Notes under the pieces: model-generated
Seen by the model: the letters and a program-made list of their open reading frames with translations, nothing else
The model's database searches: none
Told to the model about the DNA's origin: nothing
Program-made: the position numbers and the translations under genes
In this document: one piece after another, positions 29,767-39,043 of the stretch
Layout of the letters: every line of letters begins with the position of its first letter
Numbering within the stretch: position 1 is the stretch's first letter
Source: Alkalispirochaeta sp.
GTDB taxonomy: Bacteria; Spirochaetota; Spirochaetia; DSM-27196; Alkalispirochaetaceae
Direction of reading: 5' to 3'
DNA length: 64,000 bases
Assembly (NCBI GenBank): GCA_965601925.1
Contig: OZ271854.1
Span: 1,024,001-1,088,000, forward strand

Positions 29767-30480
29767 ATGAATCGTACCGAGCGACTCTACGCGATCGTGG
29801 AAGAGCTGCGTAGAGCCGGCGAACGCCCCCGAACCGCCCGCGCCTTGGCCGACGAGTTCGAAGTCTCTACGCGCACGATCAAACGCGACATCGCCTCTCT
29901 TCAGGAGGCGGGTGTGCCGATCTGGTCGGAAAGCGGCCCGATAGGCGGATACGGCATGCTCAATCGCTCGGAGGTACTCCCGCCGATCGCCTTTACCACC
30001 GCGGAGGCGGTGGCGATCGCCTCCGCTCTGCACGCCGCGGGCCGACGCCCCTTTTCGGCGGAGGGCAACGCCGCGTTGTCCAAGATCGTGGGCGCCATGG
30101 AACGAAGCGACCGCGACGAGGCGAGGAAACTCGGCCGGCGCATATGGTTTCAAGAGAGGTCGGTGGACTCGGACGGAACGTTTCGCGCCCTGGGCGAGGC
30201 GATACGTCGATGCGTCGTGGTTCGCATCGACTACACCGACGCCGACGGTGCCGCGACGCGTGCGCGCCCCGTCGAGTCCCTCGCTCTCGCTCAGATAGAG
30301 AACCGCTGGTACCTTCTCGCGTGGTGCCGACTGCGCTGTGCGGGCCGGTGGTTTCGTCTCGATCGGATCGATGGGGTAACGGCGACGCGGGAGGTGTTCC
30401 GGCCGCGCGATGTCAGGCAGGTCTTCGGCGAGCCGCCCCCGGAGGCGTATACCCTCTCCCTTTCACCGGAGGAGACCTAA
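29767..30480 (+). CDS. YafY-family HTH-WYL regulator (short form, no WCX)
   Basis: MNRTERLYAIVEEL, FEVSTRTIKRDI, GGY, RWYLLAWCRLR, FRLDRI. Confidence 0.9.
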   Translation: MNRTERLYAIVEELRRAGERPRTARALADEFEVSTRTIKRDIASLQEAGVPIWSESGPIGGYGMLNRSEVLPPIAFTTAEAVAIASALHAAGRRPFSAEGNAALSKIVGAMERSDRDEARKLGRRIWFQERSVDSDGTFRALGEAIRRCVVVRIDYTDADGAATRARPVESLALAQIENRWYLLAWCRLRCAGRWFRLDRIDGVTATREVFRPRDVRQVFGEPPPEAYTLSLSPEET

Positions 30481-30642
30481 GATCGCTACCGCTATACACC
30501 TCGCGCCCTCGAGTGGGCATCCGCAGGTCGCCGGTCGCGGCGAAGACGATCCAAGAGCGCATGCCGACGATGTAACGTCACGTGCAGTCTCTCTTGACGT
30601 GACGCAGGTGACGTCGATATATTTTAGAACGATTGGTAACTT

Positions 30643-31215
30643 ATGGGACGACCACGGGGATACGATAGACGAGCTGCGGTCCTCGCCGCGAAGAATCTCT
30701 TCTGGGAGCGCGGCTACGTCGGGACCTCCGTGGGCGATCTTGTCGAGGCGATGATGATGCCGCGACGCAGCCTCTACACGGAGTTCGGAAGCAAGGACGG
30801 ACTCTTCGTCGAGGCGCTCCGACTCTACGCTCGAAATGAGGGCTCGGTGTACCGACGCCACCTGGGTGGATCCGACAAGGGGTGGCCGGCGATCGTCGGA
30901 TACTTCGATGCGATGGAGTTCGGACCGAGCTTCCGCGGATGCTTTCTCGTCAATAGTCTGGCCGAACGGGAGATCTTGCCGGACGAGGCGACTGAGACGG
31001 TGGATCGCTTCTTCGACGAGGTACGGCGGCTCTTTGAAGAGAACTTACAGGCGGCGCAGCATGCCGGCGAGCTTCGCGGCGATGTCGATCTCGGAGCACT
31101 CGCCGCGACGATTCTCTCCTTCGACAATGGACTTGCGATCGCGGGGAAACATCCCTCGACGCGGAAGGAGTTGGCCGATGCAGTGCCCCTGTTTCTCGAT
31201 ACCGTTCGCGAATAA
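30643..31215 (+). CDS. TetR/AcrR-family regulator (NemR/ComR-like)
   Basis: MGRPRGYD, FWERGYVGTS, SLYTEFGSKDGLF, GCFLVN. Confidence 0.88.
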   Translation: MGRPRGYDRRAAVLAAKNLFWERGYVGTSVGDLVEAMMMPRRSLYTEFGSKDGLFVEALRLYARNEGSVYRRHLGGSDKGWPAIVGYFDAMEFGPSFRGCFLVNSLAEREILPDEATETVDRFFDEVRRLFEENLQAAQHAGELRGDVDLGALAATILSFDNGLAIAGKHPSTRKELADAVPLFLDTVRE

Positions 31216-31229
31216 TTTTTTGTCGATTA

Positions 31230-31245
31230 TAGATCGATCATTCTA
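31230..31245. promoter_or_regulatory. Candidate TetR operator
   Basis: TAGA-TCGATCAT-TCTA in an AT-rich spacer; related TAGAACGATTGG lies just upstream of the TetR start. Confidence 0.45.
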
Positions 31246-31260
31246 ATAAGGAGGTTCACG

Positions 31261-31557
31261 ATGAAGATATTCGAACACGCGGTATTCAAGCTGAAAACGG
31301 ACAAGGAGGCGGCTTTCTTCCGCGAAATCGAACCGCGCATCAAAGAAGAGGCGCGAGAACGGTTTCCCTCTTTGCGCGAAACCGCCACCTATCGCGTAGT
31401 GGGCAAGGAGCGCACCTACGCCCACCTCTTTCTGTGGGACAGCCTGGAGGAGGCGCACGTCGCCATGAGCGAATTTCCCACGCTCCCGAGTGCCGCCGCC
31501 TTCATGGACTGTATAGAGGAGAGTGTGTCAATGGACCATCTGGAGGAGCTACGCTGA
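31261..31557 (+). CDS. Small dimeric alpha-beta barrel (ABM-like) protein
   Basis: SD AAGGAGG; EHAVFKLK...LWDSLEEA..A..F; 98 aa. Confidence 0.6.
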   Translation: MKIFEHAVFKLKTDKEAAFFREIEPRIKEEARERFPSLRETATYRVVGKERTYAHLFLWDSLEEAHVAMSEFPTLPSAAAFMDCIEESVSMDHLEELR

Positions 31558-31578
31558 AGCGGAAGGCGCTCCACTCCT

Positions 31579-32091
31579 TCAACCGACCGGCCGTGCTCCG
31601 ATTGCCCCTTCATACTCCGCCTGGAGCTCGGCCAGTACCGACCGCTCGGGCGGCGGTGAACCGAGGTGGAGCGCTCGAAGCTCCTCCATAAACGCCTCCC
31701 ACATCTCGGGTCCTCCCTTTTCCAACAACTCGGCGCGCACACTCAGTTCGTAACTCGCCGGTGTATGCCGCCTACCCCAAGCGCCCATGTGCGCCAAGAG
31801 CGGTACCAGCTGAATAGAACTCTCGGTCAGACTGTAGATAACTTTCTGCTTGTGGTCCGGGGCGGCGGACCGACTCAACAGCCCTAAGGCCACCAAACGC
31901 TTGAGACGGTCGGACAAAATGTTGGTGGCGATCCCCTCGATGGAATGCCGGGCCAGGGCGTTAAAGGTGCGTCGATTCCCGAACATCACGTCGCGAATAA
32001 CGATGAGGCTCCACCGGTCGCCGATCGCCTCCAGGGTGAGATTGATCGGACAGCCCGATCGATGGTTCTCCTTCGGTGAAAACGCATTCAT
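31579..32091 (-). CDS. HxlR-family winged-helix regulator
   Basis: RSGCPINLTLEAIGDRWSLIVIRD, EGIATNILSDRLKRL, YSLTE. Confidence 0.88.
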   Translation of the reverse strand: MNAFSPKENHRSGCPINLTLEAIGDRWSLIVIRDVMFGNRRTFNALARHSIEGIATNILSDRLKRLVALGLLSRSAAPDHKQKVIYSLTESSIQLVPLLAHMGAWGRRHTPASYELSVRAELLEKGGPEMWEAFMEELRALHLGSPPPERSVLAELQAEYEGAIGARPVG

Positions 32092-32134
32092 ATTCCACTT
32101 GCATGTTACCATCAGTCGTGATAGAGTTACAACC

Positions 32135-32151
32135 AGTTGCACTACGCAACT
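32135..32151. promoter_or_regulatory. Candidate HxlR operator
   Basis: AGTTGC-ACTAC-GCAACT palindrome in the divergent spacer. Confidence 0.5.
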
Positions 32152-32227
32152 AGATTCCGATCATCGGCAGCGATGCTGCGGAGGAACGGATGGGAACGCC
32201 GCGCGGTGCAGACGAGGGGTGCCACGT

Positions 32228-32977
32228 ATGAACATCCAAGACCGAGTCGCTATCGTTACCGGCGGGGCATCGGGCATCGGCCGCGCCACCGTAGTCGCCC
32301 TCGCTGCACGGGGCGCACAGGTTGTGCTCGTAGACGTCGACGCAGCGGGAGCGCGCCGAACGATGGAACTCGCAGGCGGTACTGTCGTGTTTCGACACTG
32401 CGACGTAGCGAACGGCGGTGAGTTAGCGGGAACCTTCGATTGGACCGTCGAACGCTTCGGGCGCGTCGATATCGTGGCGAACATCGCCGGCGTAGGTGGT
32501 GTCGATCTGTTAGCGGACAATGGAGGCGACTGGCGCCGCGTGATCGATATCGACCTCGCGGCGGTGATCGACTCGACGAGGCTGGCCGTGCGTCACATGA
32601 CGAGCAGCGGTCGTGGCGGCGTGATCGTAAACATGGCGTCGCAAATCGGGCTTTATCCGATGGCCGCCGCTCCGGTGTATGGCGCCGCCAAGGCAGGGGT
32701 CGTGCATTTCACCCGGTCGCTCGTTTACTTGGCGAACGATGCGAACGTTCGCGTCAACGCCATCTGCCCGGAACTGGTAGATACGCCGATGGCGGCGGTT
32801 TTGGGCGAAGATGTCATGGCCGAACTGCGAGACGCCGACAAGGTCCTTGTTCCCGCGGATATCGCGGATTGCGTGATCCAACTTATCGAAGATGATACGC
32901 GCGCCGGTGCCGTTCTCGAGATTTCCAAGACCACCGGCGCCACGTTTGTCCGACACACCATACACCAGGAGGAATGA
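32228..32977 (+). CDS. Short-chain dehydrogenase/reductase
   Basis: TGGASGIG, NIAG, YGAAK, VNAICP. Confidence 0.9.
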   Translation: MNIQDRVAIVTGGASGIGRATVVALAARGAQVVLVDVDAAGARRTMELAGGTVVFRHCDVANGGELAGTFDWTVERFGRVDIVANIAGVGGVDLLADNGGDWRRVIDIDLAAVIDSTRLAVRHMTSSGRGGVIVNMASQIGLYPMAAAPVYGAAKAGVVHFTRSLVYLANDANVRVNAICPELVDTPMAAVLGEDVMAELRDADKVLVPADIADCVIQLIEDDTRAGAVLEISKTTGATFVRHTIHQEE

Positions 32978-32983
32978 AACGCC

Positions 32984-33376
32984 ATGTCGTCACCAAACGC
33001 CGAAATCGTTCGCCGATGCTTCGAAGCCTACGTCAAACAGAAACCCGATCTGTGGCTGAGCTTGGTAGCCGAAAATTTTCGCTTCACCAGCCCGTACGAC
33101 AACCGGATCGACCGACGGGCTTTTCTGCGGCGCTGTTGGCCCGCCGGTCCCCGCATGGCCGAAATTCGCCTCAAGCGAATAGAAGCGGTCGGAAATACCG
33201 TGTTTGTCAACTATGTCGCGCGCGTGGGGTCGGGTGACGAGTTTACCAACGCTGAGATCTTTACCGTCCGCGACGGCCTGGTGCAAGAAGTCGAGGTGTA
33301 CTTCGGCTGGAGTCTTCCGCATCCCGCGGCGGTAGGGAGTTGGATCGACCAAAACGCGGGAGACGCCGATGGCTAA
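32984..33376 (+). CDS. SnoaL/NTF2-like protein
   Basis: FRFTSPYDNRIDRRAFLRRCWP, NAEIFTVRDG, VEVYFGW. Confidence 0.8.
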   Translation: MSSPNAEIVRRCFEAYVKQKPDLWLSLVAENFRFTSPYDNRIDRRAFLRRCWPAGPRMAEIRLKRIEAVGNTVFVNYVARVGSGDEFTNAEIFTVRDGLVQEVEVYFGWSLPHPAAVGSWIDQNAGDADG

Positions 33377-33968
33377 TGTGTTGTGGCACCTTACGATGTC
33401 ATTGGATGGGTTCATCGCCGGCGCGAATGACGACATGGGCTGGGTTCTTCCCTATGCGGCCCCGCATCCCGTCTCCGACGAGACCGTTGATGAGGTGATC
33501 GGACGGGTCGGTGCAATACTTTCCGGCAGGCGCGGGTACAACCTTGGGCGCAGGCCCGGGCTGGACCAGAAGTTCCGCAAGCCCTTCGGCGGCGCGTGGA
33601 CAGGACCGGAGTTCATCTTGACCCATCATCCTCCTGAAGACGAGGACGATCCCGACTACACTTTTCTCTCCGGCGATATCACGACCGCCGTCGATACCGC
33701 CCTGCGCGCCGCCAAGGGAAAGGAACTCCTTGTTCTCGGAGCCGACGTCGCGCGGCAGTGCATTGCGGCGGGACTGATCGATGAGATTCTCGCCCATGTC
33801 GCACCGATCCTACTGGGTACGGGGGTACGGTTCTTCGGTAGTGATTGGGTCAGGTCCGATGCCGATGTAATCTCCGATAGCCAGCGCTTTTCCACGACTG
33901 CCCTGGAGGCGGTAGAAGTGTTGGTCGCCGGGCAGGTATCGATTCTTCGTTACAGAGTCGTCAAATAG
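33369..33968 (+). CDS. RibD C-terminal/dihydrofolate reductase-family protein
   Basis: MSLDGFIAG, GRRGY, LGADVA, LIDEI, APILLGTG. Confidence 0.85.
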   Translation: MANVLWHLTMSLDGFIAGANDDMGWVLPYAAPHPVSDETVDEVIGRVGAILSGRRGYNLGRRPGLDQKFRKPFGGAWTGPEFILTHHPPEDEDDPDYTFLSGDITTAVDTALRAAKGKELLVLGADVARQCIAAGLIDEILAHVAPILLGTGVRFFGSDWVRSDADVISDSQRFSTTALEAVEVLVAGQVSILRYRVVK

Positions 33969-33991
33969 ATGGCACAGGTGGAGGAGACTGC

Positions 33992-34558
33992 ATGCGAAAA
34001 GTTGTTTTATCGATGTTTGTGAGTCTGGACGGGTATATCGAAGGGCCGAACAAGGAGTTTATCGCGCCACCGTGGTCGGCCGACATGGACCGGTGGACCG
34101 CGGAACTGCAGGACTCGGGCGATGCGCTGGTGTTCGGACGGGTCTGTTGGCAGGGCATGGTCGAGTATTGGCCGCGGGCCGAACGGGAGCCGAGCAGCGA
34201 TGCCGAGGCGAAGCTCGCCCGATACATGAACCGTGTTCCAAAGTACGTCTTCTCTCGGACCCTCGAATCGGCCGACGCGTGGTCCGCGAGCACGATCGTT
34301 CGAGAAGACCCGGCAACGGCGATCGCCGAGCTCCGGAAGCGGCCGGGCGGTGACATCGTCGTGTTAGGCGGCGCCGCGTTGGCAGGAGCATTCATGAGGC
34401 ACGACCTGTTCGACGAGTATCGCCTTTTGGTTGCGCCGCAACTCTACGGCGGCGGTACGCGACTCTTTGCCGACGACCGCCCGCGATCGCAGTTACAGCT
34501 TGTCGAACATCGGGTGATGGATACGGGGGCGGTACTCCTAAGGTATGGGAGAAGATAG
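33992..34558 (+). CDS. RibD C-terminal/dihydrofolate reductase-family protein
   Basis: VSLDGYIEGP, FGRV, KYVFSRTL, LGGAAL, FDEYRL, GGGTRLF. Confidence 0.88.
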   Translation: MRKVVLSMFVSLDGYIEGPNKEFIAPPWSADMDRWTAELQDSGDALVFGRVCWQGMVEYWPRAEREPSSDAEAKLARYMNRVPKYVFSRTLESADAWSASTIVREDPATAIAELRKRPGGDIVVLGGAALAGAFMRHDLFDEYRLLVAPQLYGGGTRLFADDRPRSQLQLVEHRVMDTGAVLLRYGRR

Positions 34559-34587
34559 TCGCGGAACGGGGAGAGAGGAGCGCTTAC

Positions 34588-35454
34588 ATGAACAGAACAC
34601 TTCGATTGAACGGCGTCGAGATCGCAACGGAATCGTTCGGGAGTCCGTCGGACCCCGCTGTACTTCTCATTATGGGTGCAATGGCGTCCATGCTGTGGTG
34701 GCCGGATGAATTTTGCAGACGCTTGAGTCATGCCAGCTTTTTCGTCATTCGCTATGATAATCGAGATACCGGCCTTTCTACGTGGTACGAGCCGGGCGAG
34801 TCGTCATACGGATTTGACGACATGGCCGCCGACGCGGTCGCCGTGCTTGATGAGTATGGTGTCCCAAAGGCCCATATCGTCGGCATGTCTTTGGGAGGCG
34901 GAATCGGTCAACTGACCGCTTTGCAGTATCCGGAAAAGGTCGCCTCGCTGACCGCCGTCAGCACTTCGCCGTTCGGCATCGATACCTCAGATGTGCCTCA
35001 AACTACGGAGGCTTACATGGCCCATGCCGCCGGCTTCTCCGCAATAGATTGGAATAACAGAGCACAGGTCATCGATTTTTTGGTGAAGGACGCTCGGATG
35101 CTCGCCGGTTCCGCCGGACCATTTGATGAGAGGGCCGTGCGCGCCTTTGTTGAGCGAGATTATGACCGAGCTCGAAACTATCCGAGCGTCACAAATCACT
35201 TTGCCTTGCAAGAGGGAGAGGCTTGGCACGGTCGGCTTCCCGAACTTCGCCCGCCTCTGTTGGTCATACATGGCACGGAGGACCCTATCTTTCCCATCGA
35301 TCATGGCCTTCTGTTGGCTCGGACCGTACCGGGGACTCCGTTTGTCCGGCTGGACGGGGGCGGCCACGAGCTTCACGACGTTCATTGGGACACGATTATC
35401 TCGTCCATCGCCGAGCACGGGAGAAACGCAGCAGCCGGTAGAGATGCAAGATAG
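34588..35454 (+). CDS. Alpha/beta hydrolase, RdmC/EstX/EstT-like esterase
   Basis: ESFG..DPAVLLIMGAMASMLWWPDEFC, IRYDNRDTGLST, GMSLGG, HGTEDP, GHELH. Confidence 0.8.
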   Translation: MNRTLRLNGVEIATESFGSPSDPAVLLIMGAMASMLWWPDEFCRRLSHASFFVIRYDNRDTGLSTWYEPGESSYGFDDMAADAVAVLDEYGVPKAHIVGMSLGGGIGQLTALQYPEKVASLTAVSTSPFGIDTSDVPQTTEAYMAHAAGFSAIDWNNRAQVIDFLVKDARMLAGSAGPFDERAVRAFVERDYDRARNYPSVTNHFALQEGEAWHGRLPELRPPLLVIHGTEDPIFPIDHGLLLARTVPGTPFVRLDGGGHELHDVHWDTIISSIAEHGRNAAAGRDAR

Positions 35455-35501
35455 GCCAGATACGATGCACGCGGTACGCGACAGCCAATGGAGGAATGCA
35501 T

Positions 35502-36159
35502 ATGACACGAGTTCGAGTGGAAGGGTTTTCCATCTCCCTCGACGGATACGGAGCAGGCCCGAATCAGGACATCGATAATCCACTCGGGGTCGGTGGGACG
35601 GACCTACATCCATGGCTCTATCCGACACGCACGTTCAGGCGGGCCCTGTTTGACAAAGACGGCGGCACGACGGGAGTCGACGATGATTTCGCCGCTCGTG
35701 GCTTTCAGAATATTGGAGCCTGGATTCTCGGAAGAAATATGTTCGGACCAATTCGCGGTCCTTGGCCGGAGGAGAACTGGAACGGCTGGTGGGGGGGACA
35801 GCCCGCCCTATCATGTCCCGGTCTTCGTCTTGACGCACCACGCGCGGCCGCCGGTCGAGATGAAGGGCAACACGACCTTTCATTTCGTCACCGGCGGCGT
35901 TCACGAGGCGCTTGACCGGGCACGCGAGGCGGCGGGCGGGATGGACGTACGCATCGGCGGTGGGCCCAACACGATCCGGCAGTATCTTTACGAGGGCCTG
36001 ATCGATGAGCTCCACATTGCCATTACGCCGGTTCTGTTGGGCGATGGAGAACGACTGTTTGAAGGGGTGGACGTGCGCGCATTGGGATACGAATGCGTTG
36101 AGTTTGTGGCGTCGGATAAGGCTACTCACGTCGTTCTGCGGAACCGACGGAGTGCATGA
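35502..36159 (+). pseudogene. RibD/DHFR-family gene frameshifted at a G7 tract (or a sequencing indel)
   Basis: SISLDGYGAGP...GRNMFGP...WNGWWG, then DSPPYHVPVFVLTH...GGPNTI...IDELH in the next frame; 7 G at 35791-97 where 6 would keep the frame. Confidence 0.8.
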
Positions 36160-36362
36160 TGCGCCCCCTTCGCTACTCGATCGACGTCACATGAGACGGG
36201 TGCTGCGATCATCGCGCGATTCCCGCGGACGAGGAGCTCCATCGTCACGCGCCGGAGACGCTCGCACAGGCCGATGCGCTCCTCTTCAGCCGGATAGTCT
36301 ACGAAATGATGGAGGCGGCGCGGCGGCCGCCCGCGCGCACGTTGTCCGAACGCCGAGTTTAG
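36156..36362 (+). pseudogene. Truncated RibD/DHFR-family remnant with in-frame stop
   Basis: Manual translation: MMRPLRYSIDVT*DGCCDHRAIPADEELHRHAPETLAQADALLFSRIVYEMMEAA...; TGA at 36192-94; ends after about 68 codons. Confidence 0.7.
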
Positions 36363-36411
36363 AGTCCCGGCACGCTGTTCGCGCATTGCCGACCGGGCCA
36401 AGGAGACGATC

Positions 36412-36759
36412 GTGGAAGTTCAGGAACTCTTTGCAGTCGCCTGCGTGTCGAATATGGAGCGCAGTGTCGAGTGGTACACCGGTCTGATCGGACGCGAGCC
36501 GGACGACAGACCGATGGACGGCCTCGTTCAATGGCGCAACCTCGGCGGCGCCGGACTGCAGTTGGTGCTGGATGCCGAGAGGGCGGGACGGAGCCTCGTC
36601 ACCATTGTGACGCCCAAGATGGATGATTCGCGGAGCGAGCTCTCGTCGCACAACCTGGAGCTTGGGCCGGATATCCGGGGCGACTATGCCGTTATCGCCC
36701 AAATACGTGATCCCGACGGCAACGAGATAACACTCACGGAACCACCGGAAGGAATGTGA
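36412..36759 (+). CDS. VOC/glyoxalase-family protein
   Basis: VSNMERSVEWYTGLIGREPD...IRDPDGNEITLTE; SD AAGGAG. Confidence 0.82.
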   Translation: MEVQELFAVACVSNMERSVEWYTGLIGREPDDRPMDGLVQWRNLGGAGLQLVLDAERAGRSLVTIVTPKMDDSRSELSSHNLELGPDIRGDYAVIAQIRDPDGNEITLTEPPEGM

Positions 36760-36815
36760 GAGCGGCAGACGGAACGCGGATGCCGCGGTGTGGGCGCGCA
36801 CCAAGATGGTACGAC

Positions 36816-38018
36816 TCAAGCTCTCTCCGAGGGCGTTCCCATCACGTCGTCGAGGCGATGGTCGTTGATATCGGTGGCAATTCCTCGATGATGCCAGTGA
36901 GCCCGACACCCGCAGTAGTCGAGGAAGACGCACTGCGAGGCGATGCCCAGACGCCTAAGCTCCAATCCTCCCGGCATGAGATGAAGGGGACAGGCGACCC
37001 CGACCACCCCAACACCTCGACCGACCGCCCAGGTCTTAAGCCAGGCGCTGAAATCGGAGGAGTGCGGCACGATACGCACCGCGAACCTCACTGCGCCGTC
37101 TTTGCCGCGCCGTCGGACGCGGTCCACGGCGCACGTCCGATCGCACCCTACGCATTCCAAGTAGTGTCCGTGGCGTTTCGCGTGACAGAGGCCGTCCGGT
37201 TTGCTCCTCATGCACGCAGGCAACAAGACGTGTTTCTCCACCGTCGATGCGAAGTCGTCCTTCATCGCCCGGTTCATGATCTGTGCGCCGACGAGACTGA
37301 GGGCGTAGTCACGCTCGAAGCGGGTACACAAAAGGTAGTCCTCACGCCATCTTCTCCGCGCACGCGCGCGCTCGGCGTAGCCGTCGACGTGGGCGGTGAA
37401 GGGCCCAAAAAACGACCGATATCCGCGAACGAAGAGGTCGGCGAGCTCCGCGATCGCGGCGTACACCCTGAGCCGCTCGGAGGGGCCGACTCGACCTATA
37501 TACCGAATTAGGAATGCAAGGCGCTTGGCGTCCTGGGAGAGATCGCCGCCGGCGCGCATCCAACGCCACAACGCCTCGAGAGATCGACGTCGAATAGGCG
37601 TCGCCGAGGCGCGGTCCTTTCTGAGCCAAAGGGTACCGAGAATGCCGCGAATCGGGTCGATCACTCTCTTTTTGAGTACCCTGTTGACCGTTCGCATCTC
37701 GTATACGGCGTGTAGTACCGCAGCCTCGATGCGGGAGAGACTTCCGGCTGCGCGCCCGTACTCCCGCCACAACACGCCGACGCTCATGAGGTCGAACAGG
37801 TACTCCTCGATGCTACGCGCCCGTTCCGCCCGTGTACTCACCACGAAATCGCGGTATCGCCGCACCGTCGTTCCCGTCTCCGCGGAGACCCGACGGAGCA
37901 ACGCGTCGACGAAGAGCGGCAGGCCGCGATAAAACGAGTCGGAGTTACCCGTACTCCCGCGAAGATCGTAGGTAACGGGCCTCGCGAGCGCTGTGGTCGT
38001 CCCGGGTGCGGTGATCAT
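36816..38018 (-). CDS. DUF116-domain protein (Cys-rich C-terminus)
   Basis: VLLPACMR, C..CVGCDRTC, GVVGVACPLHL..GG, VFLDYCGC. Start uncertain. Confidence 0.7.
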   Translation of the reverse strand: MITAPGTTTALARPVTYDLRGSTGNSDSFYRGLPLFVDALLRRVSAETGTTVRRYRDFVVSTRAERARSIEEYLFDLMSVGVLWREYGRAAGSLSRIEAAVLHAVYEMRTVNRVLKKRVIDPIRGILGTLWLRKDRASATPIRRRSLEALWRWMRAGGDLSQDAKRLAFLIRYIGRVGPSERLRVYAAIAELADLFVRGYRSFFGPFTAHVDGYAERARARRRWREDYLLCTRFERDYALSLVGAQIMNRAMKDDFASTVEKHVLLPACMRSKPDGLCHAKRHGHYLECVGCDRTCAVDRVRRRGKDGAVRFAVRIVPHSSDFSAWLKTWAVGRGVGVVGVACPLHLMPGGLELRRLGIASQCVFLDYCGCRAHWHHRGIATDINDHRLDDVMGTPSERA

Positions 38019-38159
38019 AGATACCGTAGATTGTATCACCGTTACGGAAACGGAGTGCGCCGGTATCCGCGAATACACGCCTCCGTGCTCACTGGAGTAA
38101 GGAACATCCCAGTCTTGTGAGGATTCGCGGTTTCGACACAGACCGTGAAATGGTACCGC

Positions 38160-38555
38160 CTATCGAGTTACTTGATACATTTGAATCAGGTTGCCGCACG
38201 TGTCGTCGAAAACGCTTACAACGGCATCGCCGGTATCGGTCGGCTCAACCGTAAACTCCACGCCCAAGGCCTTCAGCCGTTCGTACTCTCCGTGAATGTC
38301 GTCAACCTCGAAGGCGGTGAAGGGAATACCATCGGCAACGAGCGATTCCTTGAGCGCCTTCATCGCCGGGTACTCGGCGTTCGGCTCCAGCAGCAACTCG
38401 GTGCCGTGAGGTTCTTCCGGCGAAACGACGGTGATCCAGCGCGCATCGCCTCCGAGCGGAATGTCGTGTTTCTTCACGAACCCCAGTTTCTCCGTATAGA
38501 AGCGCAACGCCTTGTCGTAGTCATCGATCGATACACTGGTGAGTCGTATCTTCAT
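38160..38555 (-). CDS. VOC/glyoxalase-family protein
   Basis: SVSIDDYDKALRFYTEKLGF, RWITVVSP, LLLEP, FDDTCGNLIQ. Confidence 0.9.
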   Translation of the reverse strand: MKIRLTSVSIDDYDKALRFYTEKLGFVKKHDIPLGGDARWITVVSPEEPHGTELLLEPNAEYPAMKALKESLVADGIPFTAFEVDDIHGEYERLKALGVEFTVEPTDTGDAVVSVFDDTCGNLIQMYQVTR

Positions 38556-38941
38556 GCGGAGCTCCTCTCTTTCAGAATGTGCGTGGCCTCCCGACAATCG
38601 AGCTTTCGAAACGCGCCGGGACTGAGACCGAAATACCTCTTGAATGCCTTGCCGAAAGCGGCATGGGATGCATACCCGGCCGCCAACGCCACCTCGGTGA
38701 TGTCCACCGCGCCCATACGCAGTTTGTATCCCGCCCGCTTCAAGCGTACGCGACGAATGTAGTCCGCGGCGCTTTCGCCGGTGGCTGCAGTAAAGGTTCG
38801 GTGGAGGTGCGGTACGGAGTACCCGGTCAGTTTCGCAAGGACGCTCCGGTTGAGCGGCTCGTCAAGGTGATCACGTATATATCGCCGCGCCTCCGCAACG
38901 AGCGCTTGGCGTTCTTGAAGTCTCCGCATATTGGTCACCAC
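38552..38941 (-). CDS. Small stand-alone AraC-type HTH regulator (MarA/SoxS-like)
   Basis: YIRDHLDEPL, YSVPHLHRTF, RRVRLKRA, GYASHAAFGKAFKRYFGLSPG. GTG 38941 (or ATG 38929). Confidence 0.85.
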   Translation of the reverse strand: MVTNMRRLQERQALVAEARRYIRDHLDEPLNRSVLAKLTGYSVPHLHRTFTAATGESAADYIRRVRLKRAGYKLRMGAVDITEVALAAGYASHAAFGKAFKRYFGLSPGAFRKLDCREATHILKERSSA

Positions 38942-39043
38942 ATCGACAGTATATCCGTGCACCGGGCGATTCGCTATTCCAAGCGTATCATCGCACGCGC
39001 GCGGCGGCCGGGCGGCGGCGGTTCCGATCGCTATATTTGTCAC

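Noticed and set aside
36192..36194. In-frame TGA as possible selenocysteine, given the Se-linked cluster in the window
   Set aside because: It falls at the Leu of the family motif (S/T)LDG, not at a Cys, and the ORF is truncated shortly afterwards; a nonsense mutation is more likely.
32228..36759. Integron cassette array (co-oriented small genes, EstX-like gene)
   Set aside because: No integrase and no attC-like repeats; spacers are too short or the genes overlap.
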